Shown one piece after another: positions 29,806 through 40,302 of a stretch of DNA of 64,000 nt (positions within the stretch are counted from its first letter, which is position 1; each line of letters opens with the position of its first letter). The stretch is from Pseudomonadota bacterium (GTDB taxonomy: Bacteria; Pseudomonadota; Gammaproteobacteria; Acidiferrobacterales; UBA6901): assembly GCA_021778035.1 (NCBI GenBank), contig JAJYCY010000002.1, forward strand, positions 12,580 to 76,579, read 5' to 3'. Made by a program: the position numbers and the translations under genes. The notes under the pieces were generated by a model. The model saw only the letters and a program-made list of their open reading frames with translations. It was not told the DNA's origin and searched no databases.

Positions 29806-31356
29806 CTAGCCGAACTCCAGATTGATCCCGGCAGCCCTGAGCCACGCAGATTCCTGCTCCAGGTCAGCAGCGGTCAGCGGATGCTGCCGTAGCCAGCCAC
29901 GCGCGAACTTTACCTGCAGGGAACGCTTTTCGGCGCGCAGCTTGAGGCCCTTCGGAACGTTCCCGGTGCGCGGGCGGTGCAGCAGGACCGCAAGCCGCAG
30001 CAGGACGCAGAGATAACTGGCCGCGGAGCGGTTCTGCGCGGGAAGCGCGTCGAACACGTCCACCGGAAATTTCCTGCGATGTCCACGGATGATGGCGGCC
30101 AGCTGCTGCTGCGTCTGCCAGGAAAATCCGGGGAGATCCGATTTTTCCGCCAGATAGGCGCCGTGCTTGTGATACTGGCTGTGTGCAACGGCCAGGCCGA
30201 TTTCGTGCAGCCGCGCCGCCCAGCTGAGCAGCCGCTCGTCGTCGCCGGACAGACCCCAGGTGTGCGCGACCTGGGCGAACTCCTCGCCGGCGGTACGTCC
30301 AACCCGCGCGGCCTGGTCAGCGTCGACATGGAACCGGCGGGCAAGCATTGCGACCGTGCGTTCGCGCACATCCTCATGCCGCAGCCTCCCGGCGAGCTCA
30401 TAGAGAAGCCCTTCCCGCAGCGCACCCTCAGCAACCTGCATGCGCCGTATGCCAAGCGACTCATGCACCGCAGTCAGTATTGCGACACCTCCGGCAAACA
30501 CGGGTGCCCGGTCGGCACCAAGCCCGGGAAGCCTGAGACGGTCCACGTGCCGTGCAGCGATGAGCGCTGCACGCAGGCGGCGCAGCGCGGCCGGCGTGAT
30601 CGTGCCGTCCGTCCAGCCATGGGCCCGAAGCACCGAGCGCACCGAGCGGATGGTGCCGGATGTCCCGATCGCGGTTTCCCAGCCCCTGCGGAACTGCGAC
30701 TGTACCGGATTCAGTTCCAGGCGCGCGGCGGTTTCCGCGCGGCTCATGGTCCGTTCGGTTATCACACCGTCACCGAGATACGCGTCGGTCATGCTGACGC
30801 AGCCCATGTACAGGCTTTCCATGGTGATGGCGTCGAAGCCCTGGCCGATGATGATTTCCGTGCTCCCGCCGCCAACGTCGACGACCAGCCTGGGATTTCC
30901 ATCGTCCGGCCAGCTGTGCGCCATGCCCTGGTAGATCAGGCGCGCTTCCTCGCGCCCGGCGATGATTTCGATCGGATGCCCGAGCGCACGCTCCGCGGCA
31001 GCAAGAAAAACCCCGGATCGATGCATGCGCCGGAGGGTGTTGGTTCCGACAGCACGCACGCTGCCATGCCCGAATCCGCGCAGGCGCTGGCCAAAGCGGG
31101 CAAGACAGGCAAGCGCCCGGGCGCGGGCCGCGGAACCGAGACGGCCGTGCGCATCAAGCCCGCCGCCCAACCGGACCATTTCCTGGAGCCGGTCGAGCAC
31201 ATGCAGGCGTCCGTCCATCATCTGCGCGACAATCATGTGAAAACTGTTCGACCCGAGATCCAGGGCCGCGACAACTCCTGACGTCCCGGCGCCGGCGCGC
31301 GCTTCCCGTGACGTCTTGCCGCGCCGGGTTCCCGGAGAACGGTTTCTCCGCTTCAT
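29806..31356 (-). CDS. ppx: Exopolyphosphatase (Ppx/GppA family)
   Basis: AALDLGSNSFHMIV, VGTNTLR and DVGGGSTE are ASKHA-fold motifs. A C-terminal HD-like domain is present. Its ATG directly abuts the upstream stop (TGAATG). Confidence 0.9.
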   Translation of the reverse strand: MKRRNRSPGTRRGKTSREARAGAGTSGVVAALDLGSNSFHMIVAQMMDGRLHVLDRLQEMVRLGGGLDAHGRLGSAARARALACLARFGQRLRGFGHGSVRAVGTNTLRRMHRSGVFLAAAERALGHPIEIIAGREEARLIYQGMAHSWPDDGNPRLVVDVGGGSTEIIIGQGFDAITMESLYMGCVSMTDAYLGDGVITERTMSRAETAARLELNPVQSQFRRGWETAIGTSGTIRSVRSVLRAHGWTDGTITPAALRRLRAALIAARHVDRLRLPGLGADRAPVFAGGVAILTAVHESLGIRRMQVAEGALREGLLYELAGRLRHEDVRERTVAMLARRFHVDADQAARVGRTAGEEFAQVAHTWGLSGDDERLLSWAARLHEIGLAVAHSQYHKHGAYLAEKSDLPGFSWQTQQQLAAIIRGHRRKFPVDVFDALPAQNRSAASYLCVLLRLAVLLHRPRTGNVPKGLKLRAEKRSLQVKFARGWLRQHPLTAADLEQESAWLRAAGINLEFG

Positions 31357-32334
31357 TCAGTGTTTTTCCATGCGGATTGGCGTGAACCCGGCCGTGAGCC
31401 GGCGCACGAACTCCCGCTGCGACCGCAGGAGCGTACGCGCAGACTGATCAAGATACCGGCGCCTGATTTTTTCGTGAAGCATGGCGGCTTCCTCCCGGTT
31501 CCTTAATGCCAGCCAGCGCAGACCGGGCATCAGATCGCCGTCGGGTTCCTTGCGGGCACCGGATTTCCGCAGGCGGGCCAAGGTCCGCGCCATCACCTGG
31601 CGGTCGTGCAGCTTCCCGAGGCTGTCCTGCAGTTCCCTGAGCGGCCCGATCACGGCGTCTGCCTCCTTCCCGCGCACCAGCGGCTCGATCAGGTAGCGCA
31701 GCCGCTTGGCGGTGATGCGTGCCGCATGGGCACCGGCCATGTCCCGAACGGAGCCGATGCGGCCAAGCTGGCCTGCAAGGACCGCGAGGTGCCGGCGCAC
31801 ATGCGGCGCGGCCGCGCCCGCAAATCCGGCCCGGGCTGCGGACCCTTTTCCGCAGGAAGCCAGCGCCTTCTGCCCAAGCCGGTGCCGTATCCTGCGGTCC
31901 AGCTGCCTGAACTCCGGAAGCGCCGCCTGGCGGACCCGACGCACCGCTGTCCTGCGCCGGGCCGCAAGCTGCGCGCGCACCCAGCGCCTGCCCGGCCGTT
32001 GCGCCACTCCCGCGCCGGGCCGCAGGGAATCAATCCATTCGAGCTGGACCTCGGCATCGCGCACATCGCCGGTTGCGTGCGAGACGGCACGCAGACGCCT
32101 GCGCAGTTTGTGGGGCACGCCGGCGGCCACAAACGGTGCATAGGCCCGCAGCGCCACACGCAGCCGCCGCAGCGACACCCGGAGTTCATGCATGGCGGCA
32201 CCGTCCCGGCCATGCTCGATCCGCCGGCACGCGATGCCTGCCGCGTCCAGATTCGCCTGCACCAACCGGCGCACGGCCTTGTCCGCAGCAGTTTCAGGAG
32301 CGATGCGCGCCACGACCACACCTCCCGATCGCAC
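31357..32334 (-). CDS. CHAD domain-containing protein
   Basis: 325 aa, helical. It has repeated conserved-His/Arg motifs (MHELRVSLRRLRVALRAY; AHAARITAKRLRYLIE; HDRQV) characteristic of CHAD. Confidence 0.8.
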   Translation of the reverse strand: MRSGGVVVARIAPETAADKAVRRLVQANLDAAGIACRRIEHGRDGAAMHELRVSLRRLRVALRAYAPFVAAGVPHKLRRRLRAVSHATGDVRDAEVQLEWIDSLRPGAGVAQRPGRRWVRAQLAARRRTAVRRVRQAALPEFRQLDRRIRHRLGQKALASCGKGSAARAGFAGAAAPHVRRHLAVLAGQLGRIGSVRDMAGAHAARITAKRLRYLIEPLVRGKEADAVIGPLRELQDSLGKLHDRQVMARTLARLRKSGARKEPDGDLMPGLRWLALRNREEAAMLHEKIRRRYLDQSARTLLRSQREFVRRLTAGFTPIRMEKH

Positions 32335-32812
32335 CCAGTGCCGCCGACGTCATCAGCCAGCCCAGCACACCGGTTCCGGGAGCCGGATTTCCGGCGAACT
32401 CGATCAGGCACGCAGCGCCCTTGCCGAACGGCGTGAACGATTCCAGACGCTTCGCGAGCAGCCAGCCGGCCAGGACACCCAGGTCCGGCTCGTGGCCCAC
32501 GGCACCCACGGCCGCATCGGGTGGCTGCTGGCGCAGCCAGGCCAGAAAATTCCTGGGGCTGTTTCCGGGGGCAAGTGCCGGCAGAACCGCCACATCCCCG
32601 ATCCCATACTGGCCAGCCAGAATCCGCGCGGTCTCTTCTGCCCGCAGCAGCGGGCTGGCCGTGATCAGGGTGATCCCGGGCAGCAGGATTTCCAGTCCTT
32701 TTGCCGCAGCACGCATGCGGCGGCGCCCGTGGGACGTGAGGCGCCGGTCGCGATCACGCTGGCCTGATGCACGCTCTTGCGCACGTGCGTGTCGAACCAG
32801 AACAAGCTTCAT
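32294..32812 (-). CDS. sixA: Phosphohistidine phosphatase SixA-type (histidine phosphatase superfamily)
   Basis: From the internal ATG: MKLVLVRHARA (RHG-type motif), SPLLRAEETA and VGHEPDLG. About 172 aa. Its 3' end overlaps the CHAD gene start. Confidence 0.7.
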   Translation of the reverse strand: MKLVLVRHARAQERASGQRDRDRRLTSHGRRRMRAAAKGLEILLPGITLITASPLLRAEETARILAGQYGIGDVAVLPALAPGNSPRNFLAWLRQQPPDAAVGAVGHEPDLGVLAGWLLAKRLESFTPFGKGAACLIEFAGNPAPGTGVLGWLMTSAALGAIGRCGRGAHRS

Positions 32813-32910
32813 CGTCGTGAGTATATCGGAAGCAGATCCGCGCCGGCGAGGACACAGGGCGCGGGTCTCGTCCGGGATTTCCGCGGCCACCGGCCCGCGG
32901 TGGCGGACTA

Positions 32911-34017
<1,107 letters not shown>

Positions 34018-34042
34018 TCATTAATTACCGCATCCCGCTTGT

Positions 34043-34972
34043 CTATTTCTTCTTCTTTGCAGCCTTCTTCGGCGCCGCCTTCTTCACCGCTTTCTTGGGC
34101 GCCGCCTTTTTCTTTGCAGCCTTCTTCGGCGCCGCCTTCTTCACCGCTTTCTTGGGCGCCGCCTTTTTCTTTGCAGCCTTCTTCGGCGCCGCCTTCTTCT
34201 TCACCGCTTTCTTGGGCGCCGCCTTCCCGGCTGCTTCCTTGGCAACCGGTCTGGCCGCGACAGCCCTGGCGGTCGCGGGCTTCGCCCCGCTGCCCGTCCC
34301 GACGCCTACTGCCGCCAGCGGGCGCATCTGCGCTTCGATGATGTCGCTGATCGACTTGAAGATGTCGCTGATGCTGCCGACTCCGCGGGCTGTGCGCAGC
34401 TTGCCCTGCGCCTTGTAATAGGAGACGAGTGGCGCCGTCTGTTCCTCATAGACCTTCAGGCGGTTGCGGACCGTGTTTTCATTGTCATCCGAACGGTGCT
34501 GCAGCATTCCGCCGCACTTGTCGCACTTCCCGGGGACCTTGGGGGGGGTGTAATAGACGTTGTAGATTGCCCCGCAGGTACCACAGGTGCGCCGGCCGGT
34601 CAGGCGCTTCATCAGGACTTCGATGTCCACATCCACCAGCAGCGCAAGCTGCAGCGGCTGACCGACACGGGCCAGCATGGCATCCAGCGACTGCGCCTGG
34701 GGAATATTCCGCGGAAACCCGTCCAGGATGAATCCGCCCTTGGCATCGGGTGTCGCCAGCCGCTCCTGGATCATGCCCAGAACCACGTCATCGGCCACCA
34801 GCTGCCCCGCATCCATAGCCGCTTTGGCCTTTCTTCCGAGCTCAGTGCCTGCTGAAACCGCGGCCCGAAGAAGATCACCGGTGGAAAACTGGGGAATTTT
34901 ATACTTTTCAACCAGTAACTTAGACTGCGTTCCCTTGCCGGATCCCGGCGCTCCCAGTAGCACTATTCGCAT
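34043..34972 (-). CDS. adk: Adenylate kinase with Zn-type LID and a ~90-aa C-terminal Lys/Ala/Pro-rich repeat extension
   Basis: MRIVLLGAPGSGKGTQ P-loop. LID has CGTCG...CDKCGG (4 Cys). A canonical Adk would end near ...SDIIEAQ (about aa 218). It is followed by ...AAPKKAVKKKAAPKKAAKKKAAPKKAVKKAAPKKAAKKKAAPKKAVKKAAPKKAAKKKK. Confidence 0.9.
   Translation of the reverse strand: MRIVLLGAPGSGKGTQSKLLVEKYKIPQFSTGDLLRAAVSAGTELGRKAKAAMDAGQLVADDVVLGMIQERLATPDAKGGFILDGFPRNIPQAQSLDAMLARVGQPLQLALLVDVDIEVLMKRLTGRRTCGTCGAIYNVYYTPPKVPGKCDKCGGMLQHRSDDNENTVRNRLKVYEEQTAPLVSYYKAQGKLRTARGVGSISDIFKSISDIIEAQMRPLAAVGVGTGSGAKPATARAVAARPVAKEAAGKAAPKKAVKKKAAPKKAAKKKAAPKKAVKKAAPKKAAKKKAAPKKAVKKAAPKKAAKKKK
34055..34226. 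repeat. 57-bp tandem repeat x3 (coding, adk tail)
   Basis: Copies 34055-34111 and 34112-34168 are identical. The third copy (from 34169) carries a 3-bp ttc insertion and then diverges. Each unit encodes 19 aa of the KKAAPKKA-type tail. Confidence 0.9.
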
Positions 34973-35260
34973 GGTTTATTCTCGCTTTAGGTTCTTTAGG
35001 AATGCGAACCCACAACTGAAACTAGTTAATGAGCCTCCCCCTGTCGGGGTCCAGTGCCCCGGTAAACTACCTTCTGGTTCCGCTGTCGTCAATGCTTTTG
35101 CAGTCATGCTTTTGCAGTCATAAACGGCTCCTATCCATAGATTCAATCTTTGCAGTGGTCCGGCCGGTGATTTCGGTTAATCTAGCGGGCGCGTTTCCTG
35201 CCGGACGGGGCCCCGCAGGCGCCGGTCCGGCAGACCCGCGGACACAAATCTCAGGCGGAC

Positions 35261-35629
35261 ATGAACCAGATACCGGATTTCAGCGAAACCGAGCTGTGGG
35301 TGATCCGCTCGGCCGTGAACCAGCGCTACGGCAGACACGTCGAGCTGCAGATGGCCGACACCGAGCTGAGGCTTGAGCCCTCCGTGACAGAACTCATTAC
35401 CTGTCCGGCCGTATTCTGGGCCGAACGTGGCGCGAACTTCGTGGTCTGCAAGATCGGCGAAGGCCGCTACCGCAGCCAGTTCTTTTACAGCATCCGCGAG
35501 CAGTATGGCACGGGTCGCGAGACCTACGATGACCTCGCCGAATGCGTAACGATTCTCCTCCAGGTCCAGTCAGACCATGAGCGCGACAAGGGGCTCCAGG
35601 CCGGGGACCACCCCGCCGATTCCGGCTAG
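35261..35629 (+). CDS. Conserved hypothetical protein (122 aa)
   Basis: Intact ORF with ATG start and GC3-rich codons. No motif recognised. Confidence 0.5.
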   Translation: MNQIPDFSETELWVIRSAVNQRYGRHVELQMADTELRLEPSVTELITCPAVFWAERGANFVVCKIGEGRYRSQFFYSIREQYGTGRETYDDLAECVTILLQVQSDHERDKGLQAGDHPADSG

Positions 35630-35666
35630 GCTACAGAGCAGGACAACACTACGGGAGCGATACGTC

Positions 35667-36938
35667 ATGGCAAAAAATCCGCCAAAAAATGCCTTTTACG
35701 CCCAGTCCGGCGGAGTCACGGCTGTCATCAATGCATCGGCATGCGGCGTCATAGAGACCGCACGCAAGCACCGCGGCAAGATCGGAAAGGTCTATGCGGG
35801 CCGCAACGGCATCATCGGCGCGCTGACCGAAGATCTCATCGACACCAGCAGGGAATCGGTCACTGCCATACGCGCGCTGCGCCACACCCCGTCCGGCGCG
35901 TTCGGATCCTGCCGTTACAAGCTCAAAAGCCTCGAACAGAACCGGCGCGAGTACGAGCGCCTGATCGAGGTGTTCAAGACCCACAACATCGGCTACTTTT
36001 TCTACAACGGCGGGGGGGATTCAGCCGACACCTGCCTGAAGATCTCGCAGCTATCCGAAACCATGGCTTACCCGATAACCGCGGTGCATGTCCCCAAAAC
36101 CGTCGACAATGACCTGCCGATCACGGATAACTGTCCCGGTTTCGGTTCGGTCGCCAAGTACATCGCGGTGTCGACTCGCGAGGCGAGTTTTGACGTTGCG
36201 TCCATGGCAAAGACCTCGACCAAGGTCTTCATCCTGGAGGTCATGGGCCGGCATGCAGGCTGGATCGCAGCCGCTGGCGGGCTGGCGTCCACCCGCGACA
36301 CGGAAATCCCGATCGTAATCCTGTTTCCGGAAATCACATTTGACCGGGACCGGTTCCTGGCCAAGGTGGATGCCAACGTCAGGAAATTCGGTTATTGCAC
36401 TGTGGTGGTATCGGAGGGCGTCAAGAGCGCGGATGGCAAGTTTCTCGCCGACCAGGGCCTGCGCGACGCGTTTGGTCATGCCCAGCTGGGCGGGGTTGCC
36501 CCGGTCGTGGCGTCGATCATAAAAGACGGGATTGGACTCAAGTACCACTGGGGGGTAGCGGACTACCTGCAGAGGGCAGCCCGGCATATTGCCTCGAAAA
36601 GCGACGTGGAACAGGCTTATGCCGTGGGGAAGGCTGCCGTGGAACTGGCGATTCGTGGCAACAATTCCGTGATGCCGACCATCGTGCGCAAATCAAGCAG
36701 GCCCTACAAGTGGTCGGTGGGGGTTGCGCCGCTCAGCAAGGTGGCAAACGTGGAAAAAATGATGCCGGCCGATTTCATCACAAAGGACGGTTTCGGCATC
36801 ACGGCCAAGTGCCGGACCTACCTCGAACCCCTTATCAAGGGCGAAGATTACCCCCCGTACCGCGACGGCATGCCGCAGTATGTGCGCCTGAAAAACGTGC
36901 CGGTGAAAAAAAGGCTCAAGGGGCAATTCAAGGTCTGA
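35667..36938 (+). CDS. pfp: 6-phosphofructokinase, probably pyrophosphate-dependent (Pfp)
   Basis: The ATG at 35667 follows GGGAG. Contains YAQSGGVTAVINAS, NGGGDSADT, PKTVDNDLPITDNCPGFGS and MGRHAGW, which are PFK family A motifs. About 423 aa, linked to an H+-PPase gene as in some methanotrophs. PPi specificity is inferred, not shown. Confidence 0.8.
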   Translation: MAKNPPKNAFYAQSGGVTAVINASACGVIETARKHRGKIGKVYAGRNGIIGALTEDLIDTSRESVTAIRALRHTPSGAFGSCRYKLKSLEQNRREYERLIEVFKTHNIGYFFYNGGGDSADTCLKISQLSETMAYPITAVHVPKTVDNDLPITDNCPGFGSVAKYIAVSTREASFDVASMAKTSTKVFILEVMGRHAGWIAAAGGLASTRDTEIPIVILFPEITFDRDRFLAKVDANVRKFGYCTVVVSEGVKSADGKFLADQGLRDAFGHAQLGGVAPVVASIIKDGIGLKYHWGVADYLQRAARHIASKSDVEQAYAVGKAAVELAIRGNNSVMPTIVRKSSRPYKWSVGVAPLSKVANVEKMMPADFITKDGFGITAKCRTYLEPLIKGEDYPPYRDGMPQYVRLKNVPVKKRLKGQFKV

Positions 36939-36978
36939 GTGCGACCGGACCGCGGATGCGGTACCGGACGGAGGCAGG

Positions 36979-37206
36979 GTGCCCATGACGCTCGACAAGG
37001 CAAGAGAACTGCTGCAGGTCCAGGCCGATTTCGGCGGATTTTACAATGGCAATTCGGCCAAACTGATCCTGTCCGAGGTCAGCCGCGAACACGGTCAGGA
37101 GGCTGTCGACCGTCTGATCCGCGAGGTGCATCTTGACCAGGTTTTCGGATTTGTGCCAGGCACGCATTTCGAGGGCGGACTTGCCGTCAAGGACAAGCAC
37201 TCCTGA
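36979..37206 (+). CDS. Small hypothetical protein (75 aa)
   Basis: ORF between pfp and hppA on the same strand. No motif recognised. Coding status is uncertain. Confidence 0.4.
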   Translation: MPMTLDKARELLQVQADFGGFYNGNSAKLILSEVSREHGQEAVDRLIREVHLDQVFGFVPGTHFEGGLAVKDKHS

Positions 37207-37224
37207 AGTGCACCGCGTCCGGCA

Positions 37225-37238
37225 TTGACCGGCGTCAA
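37225..37238 (+). promoter_or_regulatory. FNR/CRP-family-type palindrome upstream of hppA
   Basis: TTGAC-cggc-GTCAA (flanked form CATTGACcggcGTCAATG, a perfect 7-4-7). It is centred about 111 bp upstream of the hppA ATG. The -10 candidate is weak (CATTTT). Confidence 0.4.
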
Positions 37239-37342
37239 TGTCACGGCGCCTGAAGCATGTCATTTTTGGAGACTTTGTGGCTTAACCTTGAGCTGCAATC
37301 CAAGCTGACGGCGATTGGGTTTTTTCAACTGGGAGGATCGAT

Positions 37343-39361
37343 ATGTCTGACAGTTTAGTCTTCGCGTTTGTTTGCGCGGCGGCGGCCCTCGTGTACGGGG
37401 TCATTTCCATCTCTTGGATCCTGAAGAAGTCGGCAGGCGACGAGCGCATGCGCGAGATCGCGGCGGCGATCCAGCAGGGCGCCTCGGCCTACCTGAAGCG
37501 CCAGTACAGCACCATTGCGGTAGTCGGCGTTATCCTTTTTGCGGTCATCTTTTTCTTCCTGAACCGGATGACTGCCTATGGCTTCGCCATCGGCGCAGTA
37601 TGTTCCGGCCTGGCAGGAATCCTCGGCATGAACATCTCGGTGCGGGCGAACGTGCGCACCGCCGAGGCTGCCAAAGACGGTCTCAACGCGGCACTGAAAC
37701 TTGCTTTCCGGGGCGGCGCCACCACCGGCATGCTGGTAGTCGGTCTGGGACTGCTTGGCGTCTCGGGCTACTACGCGGTACTGAGCCATCTTACCCCGGC
37801 CGGCCAGAGCGTCGACCTTTCGCCGCTGGTCGGTGTGGCGTTTGGCTCGTCGCTCATCTCCATCTTCGCCCGTCTTGGTGGCGGCATCTTCACCAAGGGC
37901 GCGGATGTCGGCGCTGACCTGGTCGGAAAGGTCGAGGCTGGCATACCGGAGGACGACCCGCGCAACCCGGCGGTCATTGCGGACAATGTGGGCGACAACG
38001 TCGGCGACTGCGCCGGTATGGCTGCGGACCTTTTCGAGACCTACGCGGTGACGATCGTTGCCAGCATGCTGCTCGGCAGTCTCGTGATCAGGGGATTCAA
38101 CAACGCCGTGCTCTTCCCGCTCGTCCTGGGCGGCGTATCCATCCTCGCATCGATCGTCGGCACGTTCTTCGTCAAGGCGCGTGACGGTGGAAAGATCATG
38201 AACGCCCTGTACCGGGGCCTGATCGTGGCAGGAATCCTGTCAGCCGTGGCATTCTATTTTGTCACCCGGAAGCTCATGGCCGGCAACGGCATATACGACT
38301 GGCACGCACTCTACTACTGCGCGCTGATCGGCCTGGTCGTGACTGCGGCGCTGGTGGTGATCACTGAATACTACACAGCCACCGAGTACAAGCCGGTACG
38401 CTACATCGCCGAGGCTTCCACCACGGGACACGGCACGAACGTCATCGCCGGACTTGCGGTGTCGATGAAGGCAACGGCCGCCCCGGTGCTGGTGATCTGC
38501 GCCGGAATCTGGGGTGCGTATGCGTTTGCCCATCTCTATGGCATCGCCATCGCGGCCACCTCCATGCTGTCAATGGCCGGAATCATCGTGGCCCTCGACG
38601 CCTACGGCCCCATCACCGACAATGCCGGGGGTATCGCGGAAATGGCCAATCTGCCGTCGCAGATCCGCGACATCACCGATCCTCTGGACGCAGTCGGCAA
38701 CACCACCAAAGCGGTGACCAAGGGATACGCGATCGGCTCGGCCGGACTGGCCGCGCTGGTGCTGTTTGCCGACTTCACCCATGACCTGGCCGCCCACGGC
38801 AAGGTGGTGCAGTTCGATCTTTCCAATCATCTCGTCATCATAGGGCTGTTCATCGGCGGCCTGGTTCCCTACCTGTTCGGCGCCATGGCGATGGAAGCGG
38901 TCGGCCGTGCCGCCGGCTCCGTCGTGGTCGAGGTACGCCGGCAGTTCAAGGAAATCCCGGGAATCATGGAAGGCAAGGCCAAGCCGGACTATTCACGGGC
39001 CGTTGACATGCTTACCCGCGCCGCGATCAAGGAAATGATCATTCCGTCCCTGCTTCCGATTTTTGTGCCGCTCGTCGTCGGCCTGACGCTTGGACCACAG
39101 GCCTTGGGTGGCGTGCTGGTCGGATCGATTGTCACCGGACTTTTCGTCGCGATCTCGATGACCACCGGCGGCGGAGCCTGGGATAACGCCAAGAAGTACA
39201 TCGAATCCGGCCAGTTCGGAGGCAAGGGTTCGGACGCCCACAAGGCAGCAGTCACCGGCGACACCGTAGGCGACCCCTACAAGGACACCGCCGGACCTGC
39301 GGTGAACCCGCTCATCAAGATCATCAACATCGTTGCGCTGCTCATGGTGGTACTGCTGTAA
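37343..39361 (+). CDS. hppA: Membrane-bound H+-translocating pyrophosphatase, K+-independent type
   Basis: 672 aa, multi-TM. Signature [38 protein letters not shown] has Lys at the position that is Ala in K+-dependent enzymes. Confidence 0.95.
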   Translation: MSDSLVFAFVCAAAALVYGVISISWILKKSAGDERMREIAAAIQQGASAYLKRQYSTIAVVGVILFAVIFFFLNRMTAYGFAIGAVCSGLAGILGMNISVRANVRTAEAAKDGLNAALKLAFRGGATTGMLVVGLGLLGVSGYYAVLSHLTPAGQSVDLSPLVGVAFGSSLISIFARLGGGIFTKGADVGADLVGKVEAGIPEDDPRNPAVIADNVGDNVGDCAGMAADLFETYAVTIVASMLLGSLVIRGFNNAVLFPLVLGGVSILASIVGTFFVKARDGGKIMNALYRGLIVAGILSAVAFYFVTRKLMAGNGIYDWHALYYCALIGLVVTAALVVITEYYTATEYKPVRYIAEASTTGHGTNVIAGLAVSMKATAAPVLVICAGIWGAYAFAHLYGIAIAATSMLSMAGIIVALDAYGPITDNAGGIAEMANLPSQIRDITDPLDAVGNTTKAVTKGYAIGSAGLAALVLFADFTHDLAAHGKVVQFDLSNHLVIIGLFIGGLVPYLFGAMAMEAVGRAAGSVVVEVRRQFKEIPGIMEGKAKPDYSRAVDMLTRAAIKEMIIPSLLPIFVPLVVGLTLGPQALGGVLVGSIVTGLFVAISMTTGGGAWDNAKKYIESGQFGGKGSDAHKAAVTGDTVGDPYKDTAGPAVNPLIKIINIVALLMVVLL

Positions 39362-39367
39362 CTGCCG

Positions 39368-39397
39368 GTCCCGTGCCCGGAATCCCGGGCACGGGAC
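39368..39397 (+). terminator. Strong hairpin downstream of hppA (terminator-like, weak U-tract)
   Basis: GTCCCGTGCCCGG-aatc-CCGGGCACGGGAC is a 13-bp perfect stem starting 7 nt after the stop. It is followed by GAAATTCT. Confidence 0.5.
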
Positions 39398-39685
39398 GAA
39401 ATTCTGGCGGTATCGCAGGGGCCGGCACACACCGGCCCCTGTCTTTTTCGTGTACAATGCACGCGGTACGCAGCACCGGCCAAGGCTGGAAACCCGGCGT
39501 GAACCGCGATGGCAACACGCCGCGCCCGCGCTCCAGACGGGGTTCCGGCAACTTCCGCCGGCCGCATGCCGGGACGCAGTACCTGTCCGGCAGGCCGTCT
39601 GCGGCCGGAACCCGCCGCAACCACGGCCTTCCGGGATGGAAACGTTACTGATGGCAGCCGGCGAGCTGCCTCCTGCGAGCTGCTC

Positions 39686-40240
39686 ATGAAGATCTGCGTC
39701 GTATCCGACAGCCATGACAACCGCCAGCGGCTGGCCGCGGCGGTCCGCGAAGCCAGGCACTACGGGGCCCAGGCAGTCCTGCACTGCGGTGATATCGTGG
39801 CACCCAGCACCCTGCACGCGATTATGCCATTCGGCCTGCCGACACACGTTATCCACGGCAACAACGCCGGCGATACCTACCACATGAGCCGTTTGGCGCA
39901 CGACCCGGGCAGCCACATCCACTACCACGGTCAGGACGCAAGCATTACGCTGGATGGCCGCCGCATTTTTCTCGTGCACTTTCCGCATTATGCGCGCGCC
40001 CTTGCGTTGACCGGAGACTACGACCTCGTATGCAGCGGCCACGAGCACCGTGCGCACATCGAGCGTGTCCGGACGCTGTCCGGGACTGAAGCGGTCTGGA
40101 TCAACCCCGGAACGGTCGGTGGCATCGGGGCCCCGGCGACCTACATCATCGGAGACCTGGCTACCATGGAGTTTGATATCCGCCAGGTACCCGAAGACAG
40201 AACAGTGATCAGTGTCCCCAAAGCTGCCTCCGGCACGTAA
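39686..40240 (+). CDS. YfcE/MJ0936-family metallophosphoesterase
   Basis: From the internal ATG: MKICVVSDSHDN, HCGD, HGNNAGD and SGHEH, the calcineurin-like phosphoesterase motif series. Confidence 0.8.
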   Translation: MKICVVSDSHDNRQRLAAAVREARHYGAQAVLHCGDIVAPSTLHAIMPFGLPTHVIHGNNAGDTYHMSRLAHDPGSHIHYHGQDASITLDGRRIFLVHFPHYARALALTGDYDLVCSGHEHRAHIERVRTLSGTEAVWINPGTVGGIGAPATYIIGDLATMEFDIRQVPEDRTVISVPKAASGT

Positions 40241-40302
40241 CCGCCTTGCCAGACCACAACCTTACCGCAACCGGTTGCAACCGGCCGCCATCGGCTGATT
40301 CC

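Noticed and set aside
34039-34341. A plus-strand ORF encoding an SSAPPSSPLSWAPP-type repeat protein.
   Set aside because: It is the antisense reading of the adk Lys/Ala/Pro tail repeats. The minus-strand frame is contiguous with a full-length adenylate kinase.
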